DNA of 64,000 nucleotides from an uncultured delta proteobacterium (GTDB taxonomy: Bacteria > Desulfobacterota > Binatia > DP-6). The DNA lies in contig CAWFFN010000005.1 of the NCBI GenBank assembly GCA_963815115.1, forward strand, positions 448,001 through 512,000, read 5' to 3'. This document shows positions 39,711 through 49,178 of this stretch, in pieces. Below the pieces are notes generated by a model that worked only from the letters and a program-made list of their open reading frames with translations, was not told the DNA's origin and ran no database searches. Made by a program: the position numbers and the translations under genes. Position 1 is the first letter of the stretch, and each line of letters opens with the position of its first letter.

Positions 39711-40151
39711 ATGAAGCGTCTGCTCGCGACCTATGACTCGTGGGCGCTGGCCGGAGCGCGCCTTGCCCTCGGGCTGGTCATGTTCCCGCACGGAGCCCAG
39801 AAGATGCTCGGCTGGTTCGGCGGCCCCGGCTTCAGCGCCACGATGGGGTTCTTCACCAAGCAAGGCATCCCGTCGGTCCTCGCCTTTCTCGCCATCGTGG
39901 CGGAGTTCTTCGGCTCGCTCGGACTCATCGTCGGCCTGCTCGGACGCGTGGCCGCGTTCGGCATCTTCTGCGTCATGGTGGTGGCGATCGTCATCGTTCA
40001 CTTGCCGAACGGCTTCTTCATGAACTGGTCGGGCCAGCAGGCGGGCGAGGGATTCGAGTACCACATGCTCGCGATCGGCCTCGCGCTCGCCGTCATGATC
40101 GGCGGCAGCGGGGCCATGTCGTTCGATCGCGCGCTGAACGACGATCGCTGA
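39711..40151 (+). CDS. DoxX family membrane protein
   Basis: RLALGLVMFPHGAQK, AEFFG and GEGFEYH motifs; GGAGGT RBS. Confidence 0.92.
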   Translation: MKRLLATYDSWALAGARLALGLVMFPHGAQKMLGWFGGPGFSATMGFFTKQGIPSVLAFLAIVAEFFGSLGLIVGLLGRVAAFGIFCVMVVAIVIVHLPNGFFMNWSGQQAGEGFEYHMLAIGLALAVMIGGSGAMSFDRALNDDR

Positions 40152-40181
40152 GCACTCGCCGCCCGACGAGCGGTCAACCGG

Positions 40182-40976
40182 TCAGGCGTCGTGCGGACGC
40201 CGGCCGGCGGCCGCTCGCAGCACCATGCGTTGCACGCGGGCGTCGCGCTCGCTCCACGACGCGTGCGCGGCCGTCGCCGCCTCCAGCTCCGGCTGGGCGA
40301 GGAAGCCGGCGCCCACGATCGTCGGCCCCATGCTCTCCATGACCTGGCGCCAGAGCGCGAGCCCCTCGTCGAACCCGCGCTGGTCGCGGACGGCGACCTC
40401 GTCCTCGACGCTCACGACCACGTCGCGATAGCCGGCAGCGGCGAGCATCCCGGCGAGGCGGTCGCCGAGGCGGTTGTCCCACCCGCTGGCGTTCCGCCAC
40501 GCGAGGAAGGCGTCGTAGAACCGCCGCACCCCGGCGGGAGGTGCCGGCTCCCACGTCAGGTCGGCGTGCGTGTATTCGAGCACCACGGCCCGGCCGCCGG
40601 GACGCGTGGCCGCGAACATCCGTGCGAGCGCGCGCTCCGGGTGCTCGATCCACTGCAGGGCGCGCGCGGCGGTCACGACGTCGAAGCGGACCTCGTCGCG
40701 CAGCTCGAGGACGTCGCGCTGCTCGAACGCGAGATTGGCGACGTCGCCGTGACGCTCGCGGGCGAGGCGGATCATCGACTCGTCGCGGTCGATCCCGAGC
40801 GCCGATCCCCGCGGTCCGACGGCGCGTGCGATGTCGGCCGTGATGGCGCCCGTCCCGGCGCCCACGTCGAGCACGGCCATGCCGGGACGCAGGATCGTGG
40901 CCAGCCGGCGGTGGTCGCGCGCCAGGGTGCGGCGATCGAGGATGCGCGTGTCGGAGGTGTGGCTCTGGGCGCTCAC
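40182..40976 (-). CDS. Class I SAM-dependent methyltransferase
   Basis: VLDVGAGTG, FDVVTAARALQW and RPGG motifs; GTG overlaps the upstream TGA. Confidence 0.88.
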   Translation of the reverse strand: MSAQSHTSDTRILDRRTLARDHRRLATILRPGMAVLDVGAGTGAITADIARAVGPRGSALGIDRDESMIRLARERHGDVANLAFEQRDVLELRDEVRFDVVTAARALQWIEHPERALARMFAATRPGGRAVVLEYTHADLTWEPAPPAGVRRFYDAFLAWRNASGWDNRLGDRLAGMLAAAGYRDVVVSVEDEVAVRDQRGFDEGLALWRQVMESMGPTIVGAGFLAQPELEAATAAHASWSERDARVQRMVLRAAAGRRPHDA

Positions 40977-42604
40977 CCGAGGCCCGACAGGCGCTTCATG
41001 CGACGCAGCAGCCCTTCGTCCTTGCGACGTTCGGACAGGATCTTCGAGATGTAGGCTCGCTTGAACGCCGCGCGTTGCGTGCCCGTGCGCACCACCTCCG
41101 GCACGTACTCCCAGCCTTCGTCCTGCTCGAAGGGCTCGATCTCCTGGTGCAGCCGGAAGAAGTATGCGGCGAGGTCGGGATCGACCCCGAGGCGCTCGAA
41201 GGCGAGGGTGAGCGGATGGCGCGCGCGCGCCGCGAGCGGCTGGATCAGACCCTCGCCGGCGACGCCGCCCTGGCCGAGTCCGAGCGCGGCCTTTCCCATG
41301 CGCTCGCGCGCGCCCGGCGGCGGGCCGAGGTGGAACGCCGCGATCGCCTCCTCGGGCGCCGAGTGCACCAGGAACCAGGAGGTGACGTAGCCGCCGGCGA
41401 TGGTCTCGATCGGCGGCGTCCAGCGGAAGAGGTCCTCGCGCGTGATCCCGAGCGCGCGCTCGGCGAAATCGGCCCAGATCTCCATGTGGTTGCGCGTCAG
41501 GTATCCACCCGACTCCGTGGCGAACGCCTGGCCGATGGCGCGCAGCGCCCGGGGCGTGCGCTGGCGCGAGAGCTGCCCCGCGATGTTGCGGGTGGCATCG
41601 AGGTGGATGAAGTCGCGCACCAGCTCCTTCGCCGCGTCCAGCGACGCCTTGCCCGAGAGCAGGAAGCCGAACGCCGTCTCCGACGGCCGGGTGAGCGTCA
41701 TGCAGAACGCGCCCAGCTCGTCCTCCATCTCCTCGTGCGTCTGCTCGCTGCCCGCCCGGAAGCGCTCGCCGGGCGGCGGCCAGACGAACTCGGGAAGCGG
41801 GTAGCGGCCTGCGACGATCTCGTTCCACGCGCGCCGCATGTTCTGGTAGATCAGCAGCCAGTGATGCACGGTGGTGCGCAGCACCGCCTGCTGCGAACCG
41901 TCGCTGGCGAGCTCGCGCACGACGTCCCACACCGGCTCGGTGACGAAGCCGCGGAAGTCCTCGTACGCGCGCCAGTAGGCCACCGCCTCGTCGTCGAGGT
42001 GCCAGGCGCGCTTCATGTACTCCGCGAGCCCGCGCTGGCAGAGCCACGGACGCTCGTCGCGGCAGACGTCGAGCAGGGAGCCCTCGCCCGCCAGCGCGCT
42101 GACCACGAACCCCTCCTCGAAGCTCGAGAACTGGAAGTGGAGCCGGGTGAAGGTGGCCTGCATGGTCTCGGGACAGGCGAGGTGCGCCTCGAGCTCGGCC
42201 TGCTCCAGGCCGAAGGCGGCCGCGAAGCGCAGGAAGAGCTCGAGCGGCGGCCGCGTCACCTGGTGGAATCCGGTCTTCCGGTTCACCAGCGGCGACAGGG
42301 CGATGAAGAGCCCGCGCCGGCGGCAGCGCGCGATCGAGGCCGCCGTACCCTGCGCGTCGAGTCGGATGAACTGGTAGTACTCCTTCAGCCAGCGGCGCAG
42401 CGCCGCGCGCTCGCAGCCGCCGTACTTGAGGGCCTCGGCGAGCACCGGCTCGACGGGATGGGCCCGCACGAGGCCCTTCAGCTCGTCGATGAAGTCGTCG
42501 ACGGGCAGCGGTGGTGCCGGTCGCTCGAAGGCGTAGAGCTCGAGAAAGTCGCTGGCGTTCGGAGCGGCGGAGGTCGGGTTCGGCTGCCGCAGCGGCGTGG
42601 CCAT
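40973..42604 (-). CDS. Tandem heme-oxygenase-like (TenA/PqqC/CADD) domain protein
   Basis: Two helical repeats with LFLRFAAAFGL/IWADFAERALGI, (P/I)ET, and AYWRAY/AYFFRLH; E-x8-H and H-x3-E only in the second repeat. Confidence 0.7.
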   Translation of the reverse strand: MATPLRQPNPTSAAPNASDFLELYAFERPAPPLPVDDFIDELKGLVRAHPVEPVLAEALKYGGCERAALRRWLKEYYQFIRLDAQGTAASIARCRRRGLFIALSPLVNRKTGFHQVTRPPLELFLRFAAAFGLEQAELEAHLACPETMQATFTRLHFQFSSFEEGFVVSALAGEGSLLDVCRDERPWLCQRGLAEYMKRAWHLDDEAVAYWRAYEDFRGFVTEPVWDVVRELASDGSQQAVLRTTVHHWLLIYQNMRRAWNEIVAGRYPLPEFVWPPPGERFRAGSEQTHEEMEDELGAFCMTLTRPSETAFGFLLSGKASLDAAKELVRDFIHLDATRNIAGQLSRQRTPRALRAIGQAFATESGGYLTRNHMEIWADFAERALGITREDLFRWTPPIETIAGGYVTSWFLVHSAPEEAIAAFHLGPPPGARERMGKAALGLGQGGVAGEGLIQPLAARARHPLTLAFERLGVDPDLAAYFFRLHQEIEPFEQDEGWEYVPEVVRTGTQRAAFKRAYISKILSERRKDEGLLRRMKRLSGLG

Positions 42605-42720
42605 GGCGCTCGGTACCAAGACGATGCGAGGTCACGCAACCCCTCGGAGCGGACACGAAGTTGACACCGGCCGGAGGCGAGGCAAAAGAAGGGGGCGACG
42701 GATGCGATTGCGGGCGCGAG

Positions 42721-44236
42721 ATGACTGAGACGAGTGAGGGCAACGCGCTCCGCTCCCTGCGCGAGATCCTCGGCTCGGGCCGGCCGCTGGTGTACATCCG
42801 GTCGCCCGAGGAGCAGCGCGTCGAGGGGCTCCTGCGCAACGTGGCGCGCTCGTTCTTCCCGTCGCCGGTCCCGCTCTGGACCTGGAGTCTCACCGAGGGC
42901 ATGCGCGGAGAAGACGGGGCGGCGGCGGGCGCAGAGGTGCTCGGCCCTCGCGCGGCGCTCGACTTCATCGTCGCGTACGACGGGCCGGCGCTCTTCGTGC
43001 TGCGAGACTTCCACGAGCCGCTGCGCGACTCGCCCGAGATCCGCCGTCGCGTGCGCGACCTCTACGAGGCCTGCCTCGACCGCGGCAAGTTCATCTTCAT
43101 CTGCTCGCCCGTCAAGGTCATCCCCGAGGAGATCGAGCGCGACCTCAGCTTCTTCGAGCTCGCGCTTCCCGATCAAGCCGAGCTCATCGCGTTCCTCCGT
43201 GAGCAGGCGGCAGCCATCAAGGCCGCCGGCGGGACGGCCGACGACAGCGACCCGACGCTGGCCCAGCTGGCGCGCGCGCTCCAGGGCCTCACGCTCGACG
43301 AGTCCCTGCATGCGATCCGGCGCGCGAAGACGACGCGGCAGGCACTCGATCGGGAGTCCGTCCCGGTCCTGCTCGAGGAGAAGCGGCAGCTGGTGAACCG
43401 CGTCGGTCTCATCGAGTACATCCCCAGCGTGACCGGCATCGAGCAGATCGGCGGTCTCGAGATCATGAAGAAGTGGCTGCTCGAGCGTCGCAAGCTGTTC
43501 GAGATGCGCGACGAGGTCGGAGCGGAGATCGTGCCCAAGGGCGTCCTGGTCATGGGCATCTCCGGCTGCGGCAAGAGCCTCTGCATCAAGGCGATCGCGT
43601 CGTGCTTCGAGCTGCCGCTCTATCGCATCGACATGGTCGAGATCTTCTCCGGACGCCACGGGCAGGCGGAGAGCGCGTTCGCGCGCGCCTGTCACATGCT
43701 CGAGGCGATCTCTCCCGCCGTGGTGTGGTTCGACGAGATCGAGGCCGCGATCAACACCCAGGCGAAGGAGGGCGAACAGGGGCGCATCTTCGGGTTCTTC
43801 CTCACCTGGATGCAGGAGAAGACCCGCGGCCTGTTCGTCGGCGCCACGGCCAACCGCATCGACCTGCTGCCCGCGGAGATGATCCGCAAGGGGCGCTTCG
43901 ACGAGGTGTTCTTCGTCGACCTGCCGCTCGACGAGGAGCGGATCGACATCGTGCGCGTGCACCTGCGGCGGCGCGGGATCGATCCGTCGGCCTTCAACCT
44001 CGAGCGCCATGAAGAAGTTCACCCGCGGCTGGACCGGGGCCGAGCTCGAGCAGTGCGTGGTGTCGGCCCTCACGACCGCCCGCCTCGAGGACCGTGAGCT
44101 CACCGCCGACGACTTGCTGAACGCCACCGCCCGCGTCGTGCCGCTGTCGAAGACGATGAAGGAGCAGGTCGAGCACATCCGCAACTGGGCGTTCGACCGC
44201 GCGGTGCGGGCGTCGCCGCGCGACGCCGCGCGCTAG
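42721..44236 (+). CDS. Ycf46-like AAA+ ATPase; frameshift near 44005
   Basis: FVLRDFH, IGGLEIMKKW, GISGCGKS, WFDEIE and IRKGRFDE; continues in another frame as TRGWTGAELEQ...VPLSKTM...IRNWA. Confidence 0.88.
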
Positions 44237-44256
44237 CTAGCGGCCCCGGCGCACCG

Positions 44257-44958
44257 TCACCAGCGCTCGCCGAACGGGCGCACGTCGATCTCGAACGTCC
44301 AGGCCGAGCGGTCCTGCCGGGCCAGCTGCCAGAACGTCTCGGCGATGGCGTCGGGCTTCAAGAAGAAGTCGTCTGGCCGATCCCCGAAGAACGCGCGCGT
44401 GTTCGGGATGTCGATGACGCCGTCGACGACGACGTAGGCGACGTGGATGCCGCCCGGCCCGAGGCTGCGTGCCATCGACTGCGCGAGGACGCGCTGGGCC
44501 GCCTTGGCGGGCGCGAAGGCCGCGAAGTTGGCTCCTCCACGCAGCGAGGCGGTGGCACCCGTGATCAGGATCGACCCGCGGCCGGCCTCGAGCATCGCCG
44601 GCGCCACCTCGCGGCTACACAGCAGGAGTCCGAGTGCGTTGACGCGCCAGGCGGCCTCGAAGGCGTCGGGCGGCGTATCGAGGAACTGGGCGAACATCCC
44701 GCTGCCCGCGTTGTAGAGAAGCGTCTCGACCGGACCCAGATCCGATCGGATGCGCGCGAAGGCGTCGCGCACGGCCTCGGCGTCACCGACGTCGGCGGCA
44801 TACGCCCGCGCACCCGGAACGCTGCGCGCCAGCTCGTCCAGGCGCTCGGCCGACCGCGCGAGCATGGCGACGCGAAATCCCTCGGCGGCGAAGCGGCGCA
44901 CCAGTGCGGCGCCGGTGCCCGGCCCGACCCCCGTGACTGCACACACCCGATCGCTCAT
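44257..44958 (-). CDS. Short-chain dehydrogenase/reductase
   Basis: TGVGPGTG, YNAG, TGATASLRG, FAPAK and GIHVAYVVVDG motifs. Confidence 0.92.
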   Translation of the reverse strand: MSDRVCAVTGVGPGTGAALVRRFAAEGFRVAMLARSAERLDELARSVPGARAYAADVGDAEAVRDAFARIRSDLGPVETLLYNAGSGMFAQFLDTPPDAFEAAWRVNALGLLLCSREVAPAMLEAGRGSILITGATASLRGGANFAAFAPAKAAQRVLAQSMARSLGPGGIHVAYVVVDGVIDIPNTRAFFGDRPDDFFLKPDAIAETFWQLARQDRSAWTFEIDVRPFGERW

Positions 44959-45004
44959 GCCGCCGACGCTACTCTGGTCGCGGAGCTCAGGGTAGAAGGC
45001 GAGC

Positions 45005-46066
45005 GTGGCCCACATCGCGACGGTGTCCCCGGCCCGGGCGACCGGTGAGACCGCCCGGGTCTACGACCAGCTCCGCCGCATGAGCGGCTCGGACCTCGTC
45101 GCGGGCGTGGTGCAGGTCTTCAGCCTGCGGCCCGCGTCGATGCGCCGCATGATCCGGAGCTGGGAGCTGGCGATGTGGGTCGGCGACGTGCCGCGGGCGG
45201 ACCGGGAGCTGGTCGCCGCGGCAGTGTCGCGGCTCAACGACTGCCACTACTGAATCGACGCCCACGAGGGCTTCCTGCAGGCTGCAGGAGGGGACGCGAG
45301 CCGGGTGGCGCCGCTGCTGGCCGGAACAGGTGCCCCCCCGACGCAGCTCGAGCGTGCCCTGGTCGATCTCGTGCGGCGGGCACACGAGGCGCCGGCGCTG
45401 CTCCGGCCCGCCGATCTGGACCCGCTGCGCGCGGTCGCCGGCGACGATGCCCTCGACTACCTGCTCGTCCTCTGCGCCTTCCACTTCATCAACCGGATCG
45501 CCGACCTGCTCGCCGTGCCCCCGGAGGTGCTCCCGGTCGCGCTGCGGCGTTTCGAGCCGTTGCGGCGACTCGGCGTACGCATGGCGAGCATGCTGCTGCG
45601 GCGGATGGACCTCGCGAACCGGCCGGACCGGACGTCGTTCGAGGACGCTTGCACCCGCGTCGAGGCGGTGGTCGGGCGGAGCGTGGCTGCCGCGCTCGAG
45701 CCCCTGCGCCCGCGCCCCAAGGTCGTCGAGTCGCTCGCGCTGGCGCTCGAGGAGCGTGACGGTGCGAGCAGCCTCGACAGCGCGACGCTGGCCCGCGTGC
45801 ACCGGGTCGTCGAGGCGGCGCTGCCCCGCTCGGCGGGCGATGCGGCGGGTTTCCATCCGCGACCGGAGGATCCGCTGGACGCGTTCGCCTTCGTCGGCAC
45901 GCGCTACGCCCCCCGGACGACCCCGGCGATGATCGCGGCGCTGCGGGGGACGGGATACGGCGACCTCGGCATCCTGGACCTCGCCGTCGCGGTGGCGGAC
46001 GCCAACCAGTGGGCGCGGATGCACCGGTTGGCTGGCCTTCCGCCGGATCTCTTCCTGGTCGCCTGA
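45005..46066 (+). CDS. AhpD/carboxymuconolactone decarboxylase-family selenoprotein (CxxU), UGA read-through at 45251-45253
   Basis: ELVAAAVSRLNDCHY-TGA-IDAH fits the AhpD ExxAxxVSxxNxCxYCxxxH core; ORFs 45005-45253 and 45305-46066 are in the same frame; SECIS-like hairpin follows. Confidence 0.82.
45271..45291 (+). promoter_or_regulatory. Bacterial SECIS-like hairpin
   Basis: CUUCCUGCA-GGC-UGCAGGAGG, starting 18 nt after UGA, with a G-containing apical loop at +27 to +29. Confidence 0.7.
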
Positions 46067-46073
46067 GCGCGCG

Positions 46074-46400
46074 CTACCTGGCCCGGGCCCACCGCGTCGC
46101 CCACGCCTGGAGCGGGGTGAGCGCGCGCAGCAGCTCGCGCCCCGCGGCGGCGAGCCGGTAGCCGCCACCCGGGTCGAGCTCGACGAGGCCCGCCTGGCGC
46201 AGCTCGGCCAGCCGCTGGTTCAGCACGCTCGGCGACATGGCGTCGCAGCGGGCGCGCAGCCCGCGAAAGGTGAGCGCCTCGGAGCGCAGCTCCCAGAGCA
46301 CGCGCAGCGTCCAGCGGCGCCCGAGGAGATCGAGCGCCGCCATGATCGGCCGTCCCGTCCGCGAGCCGCGGACCGGGCTGCCCGGGCCCGGAGCCGCCAT
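46074..46400 (-). CDS. HxlR-family winged-helix transcriptional regulator
   Basis: ALDLLGRRWTLRVLWEL, FRGL and SPSVLNQRLAEL motifs. Confidence 0.9.
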   Translation of the reverse strand: MAAPGPGSPVRGSRTGRPIMAALDLLGRRWTLRVLWELRSEALTFRGLRARCDAMSPSVLNQRLAELRQAGLVELDPGGGYRLAAAGRELLRALTPLQAWATRWARAR

Positions 46401-46405
46401 CTTGC

Positions 46406-46445
46406 GCTACGCTTTCAGAAGCGCTAGTGCTACGAATTCAGAAGC
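46406..46445. promoter_or_regulatory. Tandem operator pair GCTACGnnTTCAGAAGC between the divergent hxlR-like and CMD genes
   Basis: Copies at 46406-46422 and 46429-46445 (15/17 identical, 23-bp period), each pseudo-palindromic GCTAC-N7-GAAGC. Confidence 0.65.
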
Positions 46446-46464
46446 CACGAAGAGGAGAAGTCGC

Positions 46465-47064
46465 ATGACGCCGCCCGGACTGCAAGCCCGCATCGCCCCG
46501 CTCGAGCCGCCGTATCCGCCCGAGATCGACGCCAGCCTCCGCGCCATGATGCCGCGGAACTCGCCGATCCCCCCGCTGCGCCTGTTCCGGACACTGGTCC
46601 ACGACCCGCGGCTCTCCGAGGCCATGACCGCGCTCGGACGCTTTCTCCTCGGCCGCGAGTGCGCACTCGACCTCCACGACCGCGAGCTGGTCATCGACCG
46701 GGTGTGCGCCCGCTGCGCGTGCGAGTACGAGTGGGGCGTGCACGTCACGGTCTACGGAGCCCGGGCCGGTCTCTCGCCGGCACAGCTCGACGCCACGGTG
46801 AGCGGAGACGCGGGCACGCCGGTGTGGAGCGAGCGCGAGACCCTGCTCGTCCGACTGGTCGACGAGCTGCACGACGCCGCGCGCGTGTCGGACGACCTGT
46901 GGGCGCAGCTCGTGAGCCACTGGTCCACGCCGCAGCTGCTCGAGCTGCTGCTGCTCACCGGCTGGTATCACGCCATCGCGTTTCTCGGGAACGGCGCGCG
47001 CGTCGAGCCCGAGGAGTGGGCGGCGCGCTTCCCTCCGGCCGCACCGGTGGCCGCCGCCCGTTGA
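46465..47064 (+). CDS. Carboxymuconolactone decarboxylase (CMD) family protein
   Basis: LFRTLVH, RELVIDRVCARCACEYEWGVH and VDELH motifs; GAGGAG RBS. Confidence 0.88.
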   Translation: MTPPGLQARIAPLEPPYPPEIDASLRAMMPRNSPIPPLRLFRTLVHDPRLSEAMTALGRFLLGRECALDLHDRELVIDRVCARCACEYEWGVHVTVYGARAGLSPAQLDATVSGDAGTPVWSERETLLVRLVDELHDAARVSDDLWAQLVSHWSTPQLLELLLLTGWYHAIAFLGNGARVEPEEWAARFPPAAPVAAAR

Positions 47065-47111
47065 TCGCCAGCTCCGTGCAGCACCGCGAAGCCGAGACCC
47101 GACGCTAGCGC

Positions 47112-48746
47112 CTACGGCGTCTTGTATGGCGCCCGGTCGCCGACGTTCGCCGCCGGCGTGTAGCGGCAGAAGACGTGGATCTGCCCGTCCGGGCACTTCG
47201 CGGCCCCGCATCCGACCTTCGGGGCGAGGTCGCGTGTCTCCGCCTGGTCGTTCTTGGTGTCCCAGATGATCTGCGTGTAGTGCCCGCAGCCCGGCTTCCC
47301 CGAGTCGTCCGGCGGACAGCAGTCGAACTTGCCCCTGATCTTGAAGCAGCCTTTCTTCTGGGCATCCCCCTCGCTCAGCGCCGTGCACGTCCTCGGATAG
47401 GTGTAGCAGTGCACTTCGCCGCTCCAGAGCTTCACCGAGGTCTGCGCGATCTGCGTGGCCGTGAACGTGCCGGGCACGATCGCCAGGTTCTCGCCGACCG
47501 CGCCGCGCTGCTTGTCGTGCGTACACCCTGGACACGTCTCCGCGTAGGCGAGCGCGGCGGCCGCGAGGTCGCCGCTCCACGTGAAGGGTTTGAGCGCGGC
47601 GGCCGGCGCGGGGTCGAGCTTCCCCTCGCGTACCGCGTTGTGGGCCTTCAGGAAGGCCTCCGTATCGACCTCGACGGCCTCGCCCCGCGGCTTGGGTGTC
47701 GGCGTGGCATCATCCGCCAGAACGGGGCCGCCCGCGCCCGCGGAAGCCTCATCCCCTTCGACTGCGTCGCACTGGTCCGCACCGCAGCCCCCGACGTAGG
47801 GCGCATGGCCGAGCACCTGGCCGTCGAGCTCGACCGTTCCGACCGTCCGGACGGCGCCACGCACTCCGGTCAGGTAGATCCGCCCAGCCCGGTCGAACGG
47901 GTCGCGCGCCTCGACGCGGCTCGCCGCGAAGAGGCACGCGTCGTCGGTCCGCCGCTTCGTGGACAGGCGGACGTTTCGTCCGGAGTCGACCAGGGCGCCG
48001 GGCCCGACCGTCATTGGCCCCGTGATGGCGAGCAGCACGTCGCTGGCCGGCCCGACGCCCGTGCGGGCCGGGTCGGTCGTGAGCAGCGTCCCGTCCCGCA
48101 GGACCAGCTCTTTGGCGCCGATGACCGACAGGTTCGCGACGGCGTCGAGCTCGACCCGTCGAGAGGCCAGGCCGGCGCCCAGGAGCTCGATGACTCCCTC
48201 GGCTCCTTTTGCCCGTACGTCGATGCGCCGCCCGCCGAAGACGGTCGGCGGCCCCGGCGAGAGTCCCGTCGGGACGAGCGAGACGCCGCCGCCACGCGCG
48301 TCGATCAGCACGCGGTCCAGCGCGCCGAGGACGGTCGGTCCAGTGAGCACGATCGTGCCACGCGCGGTGAGCAGCAGATCGTCGTATGCCCGGAGATCGA
48401 GGGTGCCGGCGCTCGCCAGGTCGTCGAGGACCGCGACCATCGTCAGCGTGTCGAGGGTCGTCGGCTCCCCGTGGAGGAGTGCCCCCGGTTCGATGACGAT
48501 CCGGTCGGCCTCGACGATCGTGTCCCCGTGGAACTCCACGCGGTCCTCGCCAGAGAACCGAAGGACACCGTGCAGATGCGTCTTGCCGTCGGGGAAGTCG
48601 CAGAGACCGTTGCCGTCGGCGTCGTCGAGTGCAAGGTCGATCTGGCCGTCGCCGTCGACGTCGAAGTCGCAGAGCAACTTCGCGCCTCCCGGCGCAGCGA
48701 CGAGGAGGACGGCGGTCGTGATGACGCGCGCGAGACGGAGCATCAT
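47112..48746 (-). CDS. Secreted protein: N-terminal beta-rich region plus C-terminal CAP (SCP/PR-1) domain
   Basis: Signal peptide; HNAVR, GENLA, GHYTQIIW, VGCG and CRYTP CAP motifs. Confidence 0.82.
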   Translation of the reverse strand: MMLRLARVITTAVLLVAAPGGAKLLCDFDVDGDGQIDLALDDADGNGLCDFPDGKTHLHGVLRFSGEDRVEFHGDTIVEADRIVIEPGALLHGEPTTLDTLTMVAVLDDLASAGTLDLRAYDDLLLTARGTIVLTGPTVLGALDRVLIDARGGGVSLVPTGLSPGPPTVFGGRRIDVRAKGAEGVIELLGAGLASRRVELDAVANLSVIGAKELVLRDGTLLTTDPARTGVGPASDVLLAITGPMTVGPGALVDSGRNVRLSTKRRTDDACLFAASRVEARDPFDRAGRIYLTGVRGAVRTVGTVELDGQVLGHAPYVGGCGADQCDAVEGDEASAGAGGPVLADDATPTPKPRGEAVEVDTEAFLKAHNAVREGKLDPAPAAALKPFTWSGDLAAAALAYAETCPGCTHDKQRGAVGENLAIVPGTFTATQIAQTSVKLWSGEVHCYTYPRTCTALSEGDAQKKGCFKIRGKFDCCPPDDSGKPGCGHYTQIIWDTKNDQAETRDLAPKVGCGAAKCPDGQIHVFCRYTPAANVGDRAPYKTP

Positions 48747-49178
48747 GGGGGCCCCCCGGCGATCGGGGTTTTCCACCGCGGCCACCGGCTCCCGCTGCCG
48801 ATCGCCAGGCTTCGAGTGTCGGACGCCGTGCGGCGTGTTGTCAAGGCGAATTGGGAGGGATGCCGGGGATTTCTCGCCGTAGGACCCTCCCGCCCCGGGA
48901 TCATCTGACCGAGCTGGTCCAGCGCTGCCTTTCGGCGCAGTTGCAGGCCGCATCCAGCACCGTCAGTCGCGCGCAGTGCACCGACGGAACGCGCAGCAAG
49001 ACGGGTGCTCCACCGGGCCCCATGCGCGGTCTGTCTCCAAGGACAATGTGTCGGGACGCCGTGACGGGAGGCGCATTCTTCTCCACGACCGAACCGATCG
49101 CGGTCCGCGCCCAATGCCTTCTCGCCCGAGCTTGCGCGCCGGTTGCGCCCGGCGGGGGCGGGGACTACCACGCCACGA

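Noticed and set aside
43990-44015. Ycf46-like ATPase split into two ORFs
   Set aside because: The C-terminal lid motifs continue directly in another frame; a single indel error is the simplest explanation
48747-49178. 430-bp divergent intergenic region as a possible ncRNA
   Set aside because: Only a minus-strand TTGACA near 48840-48845 is visible; no convincing structure or known motif
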